This document shows, piece after piece, positions 48,212 to 56,144 of a DNA stretch of 64,000 bases. Location of the stretch: the NCBI GenBank assembly GCA_944390405.1, contig CALXPS010000004.1:8-64007 (forward strand), read 5' to 3'. The DNA is from an uncultured Clostridia bacterium. Lineage in GTDB: Bacteria; Bacillota; Clostridia; TANB77; CAG-508. Each line of letters begins with the position of its first letter. Position 1 is the first letter of the stretch. Made by a program: the position numbers and the translations under genes. The notes beneath the pieces were generated by a model. The model saw nothing but the letters and a program-made list of their open reading frames with translations. It was not told the origin of the DNA and did no database searches.

Positions 48212-49363
48212 TTAGTTATCAGTTCCTGATGAAGTTACATAAGGATACGGATCTATTGTTGTTCCATTTATTCTTATTTCAAAATGTAAGTGTGGACCTG
48301 TTGACCAACCTGTAGAACCTACTTTCATAATAGCATCTCCTCTTTTTACAACATCTCCAACTTGTGCTAGTATTTCTGATCCATGTGCATATAATGTTGT
48401 AACTCCTCCTCCGTGATCTATAATAACCATGTTGCCATATGAGTACGAATATGTTGCTTTTGTAACTATTCCATCATTTGCAGCTATTGCATAACTTCCC
48501 ATCGGAGCACCTATATCCATTCCTGAATGATTACTAAATGTTTTTATTATTGGATGCACTCTCATACCATAAGGAGAAGTAATTGTATAATAGCCTGGTG
48601 CAGGCCATGCAAATGTTCCTCCTACATATTGGGTATCACTATTTTCTAGCACTGCAAGTAATATTTCTAATTCTACCAAGTCTAATTCTTCTTGATACAT
48701 ACTCATTTCTTCTTGTATTTGTTTTTCTTCATTTGTTAAATTATTTATATAACTATTTTTAACTATTTTTGAATTTTCTAGTGATATTGCTATTTTTTTC
48801 TGCTCATTTTTAATAAGTTTTAAATTTTCTTTGCTTTCATTTAAGCTTTGTTCTATTTGTTCTATTTGTTCTTTGTCTCTTTCAATACCATCTAGCAAAT
48901 CTTTATCATATTGCATGAGCTCTGCTATTAAATAATAGTTTGTTATAAAGTCTAACATACTTTTAGAATTTAGTAAAACATCTAAATACCTTGTTGGTCC
49001 TTCTTCATATGCATATAGTAGACGTTCTTGTAAAACTTCTTTTTGATGTTCATAATCTACCTGTATTGTATCTAAATAATCTTCTGTTTCTTTTATTTGT
49101 TTTTCTATATTTTCTAGATTTTCAGATATTGTATTTATTTGTGTTTCGTACGAGTAAATTTCCTCATCTAATTTGTTGATAGCTTCTAAATTTTCTGTTA
49201 GCTCTATATTTATATTTTCTATGCTTTTGCCTGCTTCGTTTATTTTATTCTTTAGTTCAGCTCTTCTTTGTTCTAGTTCAGTAGCAGTAAGTCCTTTTAC
49301 AATATTTAAACTTCCTATTATAAGCAAAGCCATAATTACAGCAAGGCATATTTTTTTTTTCAC
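48212..49363 (-). CDS. Secreted coiled-coil + M23 (LytM) peptidase, copy 1 (EnvC/PcsB-like position next to ftsEX)
   Basis: Signal peptide, coiled coil, then M23 motifs HSGMD and GPHLHFEIRING. Immediately downstream of ftsX. Confidence 0.8.
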   Translation of the reverse strand: MKKKICLAVIMALLIIGSLNIVKGLTATELEQRRAELKNKINEAGKSIENINIELTENLEAINKLDEEIYSYETQINTISENLENIEKQIKETEDYLDTIQVDYEHQKEVLQERLLYAYEEGPTRYLDVLLNSKSMLDFITNYYLIAELMQYDKDLLDGIERDKEQIEQIEQSLNESKENLKLIKNEQKKIAISLENSKIVKNSYINNLTNEEKQIQEEMSMYQEELDLVELEILLAVLENSDTQYVGGTFAWPAPGYYTITSPYGMRVHPIIKTFSNHSGMDIGAPMGSYAIAANDGIVTKATYSYSYGNMVIIDHGGGVTTLYAHGSEILAQVGDVVKRGDAIMKVGSTGWSTGPHLHFEIRINGTTIDPYPYVTSSGTDN

Positions 49364-49381
49364 TTTTATTCCTTTCTAATT

Positions 49382-50278
49382 TTAAACGTCTAAATATTTT
49401 TTCATAGAAACTCTACTTCCTATAATTCCTATTCCTACGCCTAAAATAATATATACTATTAATATACTTGTAAACAATTCTTTAAATGGTACCATAGTTA
49501 CTCCAATTTCTTGTATTGTTTGCGATTGAGCCATTTTTATTGCACTCCAATTATATAAAGCTCCAACTATTCCTAGAGAAATAATACTTGAAGTAATTCC
49601 TATTATTATACCTTCTATCATGAAAGGAGCTCTTATAAATCCATTGGTTGCACCCACATATTTCATAATTGATATTTCTTTTCTTCTTGCATGTACAGTT
49701 AATTTTATTGTGTTTGCAATAATGAATATTGATATAGCAATTAAAATTACTAAAATTACTCCTGTAATAATTCTAATCCATTTTCCTATGTTTGATAATG
49801 TATTTATTGTTTGGTTATTGCTTGTTATTCTTTTAAAATGTGGTAACTTTGCTATTTCTGATTGAACACTTTCATTTAAGTCCAAATCTTCTAATGTTAC
49901 TACATATGAATATGAAAGAAAATCTGGTTCCATTCCATCTAATGCAGTTGTATATTCTCCTAGGTCTTCTTTTATTTCATTGTATGCATCTTGTTTGTTT
50001 CTGTATTTAACATCTGCAACACCATCTATTGCTAATATTTGGTCTTTTAATGCTATAACTTCTTCTTCTGGGGCATCTTCATGGAAAAATGCTCTTATTG
50101 CTTGTGCATCTTCTATATTTTCTACCATATGTGTTATGTTTCTTCCTATTGCAAAAAATAGTCCAAACATAAGCATTGTAACACACATTATTCCTAAACA
50201 TGATATTGTTGATTTCTTATTTTTAAATACATTTCTAAATCCTTCACTTAGAAAATATCCTATTACACTATATTTCAC
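49382..50278 (-). CDS. ftsX: Cell-division ABC transporter permease FtsX
   Basis: Four TM helices with a large first extracellular loop, N-terminus EGFRNVFKNK, overlaps ftsE by 4 nt. Confidence 0.85.
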   Translation of the reverse strand: MKYSVIGYFLSEGFRNVFKNKKSTISCLGIMCVTMLMFGLFFAIGRNITHMVENIEDAQAIRAFFHEDAPEEEVIALKDQILAIDGVADVKYRNKQDAYNEIKEDLGEYTTALDGMEPDFLSYSYVVTLEDLDLNESVQSEIAKLPHFKRITSNNQTINTLSNIGKWIRIITGVILVILIAISIFIIANTIKLTVHARRKEISIMKYVGATNGFIRAPFMIEGIIIGITSSIISLGIVGALYNWSAIKMAQSQTIQEIGVTMVPFKELFTSILIVYIILGVGIGIIGSRVSMKKYLDV

Positions 50279-50955
50279 TTGTTATACCCACCTTTTTTAT
50301 CATCTCTTACAATAATACCTTTTTCTATTTCTATAACTCTTTTCTTCATTTTATCTACTATATCTTTTGCATGAGTTGCTATAACTACAGTTGTTCCTCT
50401 TAAGTTTATTTCATTTAATAGTGTCATTATATCCCAAGCTGTTTCTGGGTCTAAATTTCCTGTAGGCTCATCTGCAATTATCATAGATGGGTTATTAACT
50501 AGTGCTCTTGCTAAAGCTACTCTTTGTTGTTCCCCTCCAGATAATTCATCTGGGTATGCTTTTGCTTTACCACTTAGCCCTACTAATGATAGTACCATTG
50601 GTACTTGTCTTCTTATATGTCTTGGTGTAGCTTTTACAATATTCATTGCAAATGCAACATTGTCGTAAACTGTTTTATCTGATAAAAGTCTAAAATCTTG
50701 GAATACCACTCCCATACTTCTTCTTAAATATGGTATTCTTTTTGGTTTTAAAAATGTAGTATCTTTTCCATTTATTATTATAGTTCCACTAGTTGGTTCT
50801 TCTTCTTTTAGTATGAGTTTTATAAGTGTTGACTTTCCTGAGCCTGATTGTCCTACTAAAAATGCGAAATCGCCTTTATCTATCTTAAAGCTTGCTTCAT
50901 GTACAGCTTCTGTTCCTGTAGTATAAGTCTTTGATACGTTTTTAAATTCAATCAT
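50275..50955 (-). CDS. ftsE: Cell-division ABC transporter ATPase FtsE
   Basis: MIEFKNVSKTY, GQSGSGKST, LSGGEQQR, IIADEPTGNLD. Confidence 0.9.
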   Translation of the reverse strand: MIEFKNVSKTYTTGTEAVHEASFKIDKGDFAFLVGQSGSGKSTLIKLILKEEEPTSGTIIINGKDTTFLKPKRIPYLRRSMGVVFQDFRLLSDKTVYDNVAFAMNIVKATPRHIRRQVPMVLSLVGLSGKAKAYPDELSGGEQQRVALARALVNNPSMIIADEPTGNLDPETAWDIMTLLNEINLRGTTVVIATHAKDIVDKMKKRVIEIEKGIIVRDDKKGGYNK

Positions 50956-51082
50956 CTTTTTCCCTCATTTTTTTATGATATTTTACCCTTTTATTATAAT
51001 AATAAATTACAAAAAATGCAATAAAAAACAGATTTTTTTCAAAAATGTAATATAATTGTAATATTTAGTTTAATTAATTAAA

Positions 51083-51283
51083 TTATTGTTCTATCATATT
51101 TCTTACATCATTTACCATTTGATCATGACTATTCATTTGTTCTTCACTTTTATTTACTACATCTTCTGCAGAATTAAATATTTTTCCATCTCCTACAAAA
51201 CTTATAGTAACTCCTACAAGTATTATTAAAAGTATTACTGTGATTATTACTACTATTAAAGTAATTCCTTTGTTTCTATTCAT
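51083..51283 (-). CDS. Small protein with pilin-like N-terminal signal (KGITLI + hydrophobic helix)
   Basis: MNRNKGITLIVVIITVILLIILVGV.... GGAGGA RBS 7 nt upstream. Overlaps the transketolase stop by 8 nt. Confidence 0.5.
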   Translation of the reverse strand: MNRNKGITLIVVIITVILLIILVGVTISFVGDGKIFNSAEDVVNKSEEQMNSHDQMVNDVRNMIEQ

Positions 51284-52217
51284 TTACCTTTCCTCCAATC
51301 TGAAGTATGATATTTTCTGCTGTTAATCCATAATGTTTTAGTAGCTCTGTAGCTTTTCCAGATCTTCCAAACTCATCTTTTATTCCTATCCTTGTTAATT
51401 TACATGGATATTCTTGTATTAGAACTTCTGCTATTGCTGTTCCTAATCCATTAATAATACTGTGGTCTTCTATTGATATTAATTGTTTAGTTTCTTTTGC
51501 ACATTTTATTATCATTTCTTTGTCTATTGGTTTTATTGTGTGAATATCAACTACTCTAATATGAATTCCTTGTTTTTCTAGCTTTTCTTTTGCTTTTATT
51601 GCTTCTGAAACTACTACACCAGTTGCAAATACTGTGGCATCTGTTCCATCACCTATTTGAATAGCTTTGCCTATTTCAAATTTTTCATTTTCTTTATATA
51701 TAATTGGGGTTTCTAGTCTGCATAATCTTAAATATACTGGACCATTTATTTTTGATATTTCTTCAACTGCCCATCTTGTTTGTGTATCATCTGATGTACA
51801 CATAACTGTCATGTTTGGCAATCCTCTCATCATGCCAATATCTTCTAGCATTTGATGTGTTGCCCCATCTTCTCCAACTGTTATTCCACTATGCGTTGCA
51901 CATATTTTTACATTTAACTTTGGATAACATATGCTATTTCTTACTTGGTCATACGCTCTTCCGCTAGCAAACATAGCAAATGTGCTTACATATGGAATTT
52001 TTCCAAATGTAGATATTCCTGCTGCTGTTCCCATCATATCTTGTTCTGCTATTCCCATATCAAAGAATCTTTCTGGGAATTTCTTTGCAAATATAGATGT
52101 TTTTGTGGCTCCTGATAAATCAGCATCAAATACTACAATATTTTCGTTCTTTTCTCCTAATTCAGCTAGTTTTTCACCATAGCTTTGGCGTGTAGCAATT
52201 TTCTTATTTTCTTCCAT
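51276..52217 (-). CDS. Transketolase, C-terminal (pyrimidine-binding) subunit
   Basis: FDMGIAEQDMMGTAAG...THQ..EDIGMMR and the rest; 313 aa split-type tkt. Confidence 0.9.
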   Translation of the reverse strand: MEENKKIATRQSYGEKLAELGEKNENIVVFDADLSGATKTSIFAKKFPERFFDMGIAEQDMMGTAAGISTFGKIPYVSTFAMFASGRAYDQVRNSICYPKLNVKICATHSGITVGEDGATHQMLEDIGMMRGLPNMTVMCTSDDTQTRWAVEEISKINGPVYLRLCRLETPIIYKENEKFEIGKAIQIGDGTDATVFATGVVVSEAIKAKEKLEKQGIHIRVVDIHTIKPIDKEMIIKCAKETKQLISIEDHSIINGLGTAIAEVLIQEYPCKLTRIGIKDEFGRSGKATELLKHYGLTAENIILQIGGKVNE

Positions 52218-53044
52218 TATAGCACACCTCCTAATTCTTTCATTGCTTGTTTATACTGTTCTTCGTTTGGTGCTTTTCCATGCCAACTTGCTTCATTTTC
52301 CATAAAAGATACTCCTTTACCCTTTATTGTATTTGCTATAATTGCTGTTGGCTTGCCTTTAACTTTTTTTGCTTGTTCAAATGCTGAAATTAATTCTTGT
52401 ATATTATGTCCATCCACATTTATTGTTTCAAATCCGAAGCTTTTAAATTTTTCATCTATTGGATAAACACTCATCACTTCATTTACTTTTCCATCTATTT
52501 GTAAATTATTATTATCTATTATTAAGCATAAATTATCTAATTTATAATGTGAAGCTGTCATTGCTGCTTCCCATATTTGTCCTTCTTGTATTTCTCCATC
52601 TCCACAAATACAATAAACTCTTACTCCTTCGCTATCTTGTTTTGAGCCTAAAGCCATTCCATTTGCAATTGATAAACCTTGTCCTAATGAACCTGTTGAA
52701 GCATCTACTCCAGGAATATTTTTCATATCTGGATGTCCTTGTAAATTGCTATTAATATTTCTAAAGTTGCTTAGTTCATCCATATCAAAAAAACCCCTTA
52801 ACGCCAAAGCACTATACAAAGCAGGTGCCGTATGCCCTTTTGATAAAACTAATCTATCTCTTCCTTTAGCCTTTGGATTTTTTTCATCAATATTCATTTG
52901 ATTAAAATAAAGTACTGCAAGTATTTCTGCTATAGATAATGACCCACCAGGATGTCCTGATTTAGCACTATATACCGCTTTAATCACTCCCTGTCTAATT
53001 CTATTTGCATACTTTTGTAATTCATTTACATCTTTAATTTTCAA
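52217..53044 (-). CDS. Transketolase, N-terminal (TPP-binding) subunit
   Basis: SGHPGGSLS, LSKGH, GSLGQGLS, GDGE.QEG.IWEA. Confidence 0.9.
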   Translation of the reverse strand: MKIKDVNELQKYANRIRQGVIKAVYSAKSGHPGGSLSIAEILAVLYFNQMNIDEKNPKAKGRDRLVLSKGHTAPALYSALALRGFFDMDELSNFRNINSNLQGHPDMKNIPGVDASTGSLGQGLSIANGMALGSKQDSEGVRVYCICGDGEIQEGQIWEAAMTASHYKLDNLCLIIDNNNLQIDGKVNEVMSVYPIDEKFKSFGFETINVDGHNIQELISAFEQAKKVKGKPTAIIANTIKGKGVSFMENEASWHGKAPNEEQYKQAMKELGGVL

Positions 53045-53227
53045 AACACTACTCTCTCCTTTTTATAATTATTTCAATCTAGTTTTATCATATTTTTTGT
53101 TCTTTGTAAATAGGTTTTTATTATCTATTCATATATTTTAAGGCGACCATAAGTCGCCTTATTTTTTTCACCATTTGTGTAATGGTATATAATGCAGTGT
53201 AAAATATAAAAATTACACTATTAAATT

Positions 53228-54167
53228 CTATTGTATCTGTTTTATCTCTTCAATACTCAAACCTGTTATTTTTTCTATTTTTTCTAATTTTATATTTTCT
53301 TGCAATAATTTTTTTGCTATTTCTATTTGATTTTGTTTTTTACCTTGTTCAATTCCTTGTTTTATTCCTTGTTTTATTCCTGCTTCTATGCCTTCTTTCT
53401 TTCCTTCTTCATATCCATGCTCTTTTGCATATGCCATTGCCGCCTGTTCATCTCTTATTGCTTTTTCTCTTAGTTCTGCTATTCTTCTTAACTTTTCATC
53501 TCCACTTACTTGCTCTAGTTCGTCTATTGCTTTTCTTATATGTTCATTCTCTCCCATTATTTGAACTACCTCCTCTTTATTTGGATTATCTAAGAACATC
53601 ATCCATTGTCCTATCTTGTTTTTCTTGTCTCTCTCATATATTCTCTTTGCCTTTGGTAGTTCTATTATACTTATTTCTAGTCTATCTGTCAATACTTTCT
53701 TTCCACTTTCATCATCTCGTATTTGCCATTTTACTCCTAATTTCTCTATTCCCTTTAATGCCTCTATTTCATGGTCTAGTATTACTATACTTATTGTTTT
53801 CTTTAACTCTCCAAATATATCTCCTCTTTTTAATTGTCTTATGTAGTTGTCTGACCAGTAGTATAGTATTCTTTCATTTTCGTATTGTTGTGGTTGCAAT
53901 TGTATTTCTACATTGCATTGCATTCCGTCCTTCTAGTTCTGCTCTTAAATCCATTATTCCTAATTTTTCTTTTACTTCTCTTGTGTTTACATATCTGTTT
54001 TTATCTGTTGTTACTACTTTTATTTTTTCTCCTAATACATCTGATATTAGTTCTCCCAGTAACTCCTTGTTTTCTTCTCTAAATAGTGCATGAAATACTA
54101 CATCTATTTTTGGTTTTAATAGTTTCCCTTTCTTTTCTCCTTGTGCTATTTTTTCGTTTTTCTCCAT
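53228..54167 (-). pseudogene. Rpn/PD-(D/E)XK_2 family nuclease ('putative transposase'), frameshifted
   Basis: The N-terminal ORF (..DVVFHALF...GIMDLRAELEG) and C-terminal ORF (CNVEIQLQ...ILYYW...ISIIELPK...GIKQGIEQG...GLSIEEI) overlap at 53874-53923 in different frames. The junction lies in a CATTG-CATTG-CATT repeat at 53911-53924. Confidence 0.65.
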
Positions 54168-54520
54168 AAATACCTCCTTTAAAACGGATTCTTTATGGCT
54201 AAAATCCGTTTCTTCCTTTAAATTTTAATCTTGTTTTTTGGATTTCTTTAGAATAAATCTCTTTTTTGAAATAAACCTTTTTAGATTTTATTAGAAAACA
54301 TTTTCTAGATTTAATATTTTCTCTTTTTGGCTTATAGATTTTGCCAAGATTAATTGTGTTATTTATATCACATCTTTCTACCTATTGCAACAAAAATCGT
54401 TCGCCATTTTTCTACTTTTTTTGACAAACGATTTTTTATTCATTCTCTATTACACTCTATAACTCTACAGACAAAGCCTTCTGTCCTGATGCATGCAGGT
54501 GGATAATCACTAAACCTATC

Positions 54521-55849
54521 TTATATCATTAAATTCTCAGCTTGATTCATCTCCTGCTTTATATCTTTCTTATCCACCATATCTACTATTTTACTTTTCT
54601 GAACTATTATCTTTTTCCCTGTTTTAGTACTTTCTATTTCTATTTCTCCTTCTTTTACTTTATCTCCTAGTATAATAATATATGGAGTACCTAATACTTT
54701 GCAGTCTTTTATACTACTGCCTATACTTGTATCTTTTCTATCATCTAAAATTACTCCTATGCCTTTACTTAGCATTATTTGATATAATTCTTCGGCTTCT
54801 TGCACCTTTTTTGCACTATCTGGCTTAGGTATTATTTGCATAAAATATGGAGCTATATTGCATGGTAATGATATTCCTTCTGCTAATCCATTTTTATCTC
54901 TTATTACACTTCTTTCGTATATTGCTGCTAATGTTCTGCTTACACCTATTCCGTAGCATCCCATATAAAAAGGTTTTTCTTTTCCATTTGCATCTACATA
55001 ATTTGCTCTCATATTTTCAGAGTAAGTTTTCCCTAATTGAAATATGTGCCCTAGTTCTATTGCCTTTCTTGGTTCAAGCTTTGTAATATCACCTATGCTA
55101 TATTCTGATTTTAAATATTCTTTGTAATCTTCTCTTTCTAAAATTTCTGAATTTAATGCAATTCCAGTTGCCTCATCATATAATATTGTATCTTCTCCTA
55201 TTTCCGATAAAACCATGAACTCCTCTGATTTTTTACCACCTATTGCCCCATTATCTGCCACTACTGGTACAACTGGTAGTCCTAATCGTTGGAATATGTT
55301 TAAATATCCTTGTTTAATTGTTTCATATGTTTCTAATAAACTTGTTTCATCTCTATTAAAGCTATATGCATCCATCATAGGAAAGCTTTTTCCTCTTAAT
55401 AAATATCCTCTTGTTCTTAATTCATTTCTATACTTTTCTCCTATTTGAAAAAATGTTGTTGGCAAATCTTTATGAGATTTGATTTTTCTTTTTGCAAATT
55501 CTACTACTGCTTCTTCTGCCGTTGGTGCTAAGCAAAATTCACCCTTTCCTGTATTTATTGTAAGCATTGTTCCTGACTCTACATATTTGCTCCATCTTCC
55601 AGAACTTTCCCACATTTCTCTAGTTTGTAATGTTGGTAACTCTATTTCAGTACAACCACATTTTGTTAGCTCCTCTTTTATTATTGTTTCTATTTTTTGT
55701 TTTACTTTCAAAGGTACATTATTATACCCATATATTCCTGTTCCAAATTGCACGATTTGCCCAGATTGCAATAAAATATCTTGTGCTGGAAACATTTTGT
55801 CCACATTTTGTAAGCGTGTTTTTCCTATGCCCGCTTGTGATAATCTCAT
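54521..55849 (-). CDS. proS: Proline--tRNA ligase, bacterial type lacking the INS editing domain
   Basis: MRLSQ.. start, motif 2 region YRNELRTRGYLLRGKSFPMMDAYSF, motif 3 GCYGIGVSRTLAAIYE, and an anticodon-binding domain (ILDDRKD.SIG.SIKD..VLG.PYIIILG). Only 442 aa. Confidence 0.8.
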   Translation of the reverse strand: MRLSQAGIGKTRLQNVDKMFPAQDILLQSGQIVQFGTGIYGYNNVPLKVKQKIETIIKEELTKCGCTEIELPTLQTREMWESSGRWSKYVESGTMLTINTGKGEFCLAPTAEEAVVEFAKRKIKSHKDLPTTFFQIGEKYRNELRTRGYLLRGKSFPMMDAYSFNRDETSLLETYETIKQGYLNIFQRLGLPVVPVVADNGAIGGKKSEEFMVLSEIGEDTILYDEATGIALNSEILEREDYKEYLKSEYSIGDITKLEPRKAIELGHIFQLGKTYSENMRANYVDANGKEKPFYMGCYGIGVSRTLAAIYERSVIRDKNGLAEGISLPCNIAPYFMQIIPKPDSAKKVQEAEELYQIMLSKGIGVILDDRKDTSIGSSIKDCKVLGTPYIIILGDKVKEGEIEIESTKTGKKIIVQKSKIVDMVDKKDIKQEMNQAENLMI

Positions 55850-55953
55850 AAAATTTTCCTCCTTAAACCGTTTTTCATCTTGGTATGAATTTCACCATTG
55901 TTATATACTATAGCATATTTTATTTGCAGAATTTGTCGTTATGTGGAGTTGAA

Positions 55954-55988
55954 GAAAAAAATTTTAAGGAGGCTAATTTGGCCCCCTT
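55954..55988 (-). terminator. Rho-independent terminator after the small peptide ORF
   Basis: Minus strand AAGGGGGC-CAAATTA-GCCTCCTT followed by AAAATTTTTTT. Confidence 0.65.
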
Positions 55989-56014
55989 ATACTTGATAAA
56001 ATTTTGTTCGTAGC

Positions 56015-56116
56015 CTAATCTGGACAAGTACGTTTAACTGATTTTTTGTCTTCCGAGAATCTTTCTATGTTTTTTACCAATAGACCATTGTCTATTTTTA
56101 TTTCTTTAACTTCCAT
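56015..56116 (-). CDS. 33-aa peptide ORF downstream of the radical SAM/SPASM gene (candidate modified-peptide precursor)
   Basis: Manual translation MEVKEIKIDNGLLVKNIERFSEDKKSVKRTCPD*. GGGAGGTG RBS 7-8 nt upstream, 28 nt after the SPASM ORF stop, followed by a terminator. Below the ORF-track cutoff. Confidence 0.45.
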   Translation of the reverse strand: MEVKEIKIDNGLLVKNIERFSEDKKSVKRTCPD

Positions 56117-56144
56117 TCTTATTCACCTCCCGTTTTTAAATTAC

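Noticed and set aside
53314-54093. 259-aa plus-strand ORF (and the nested 53616-53846 and 53885-54082 ORFs)
   Set aside because: It is antisense to the Rpn-family gene and has a low-complexity Leu/Phe/Ser-rich translation typical of the reverse strand of AT-rich coding DNA. No RBS or motif.
54168-54520. 350-bp non-coding spacer between proS and the Rpn-family gene as a possible ncRNA or riboswitch
   Set aside because: I found only two simple hairpins (AAACGGATT/AATCCGTTT; AAAATCGTT/AACGATTTT), consistent with terminators, and a single DnaA-box-like TTATCCACC. No conserved-looking multi-stem structure could be supported by eye.
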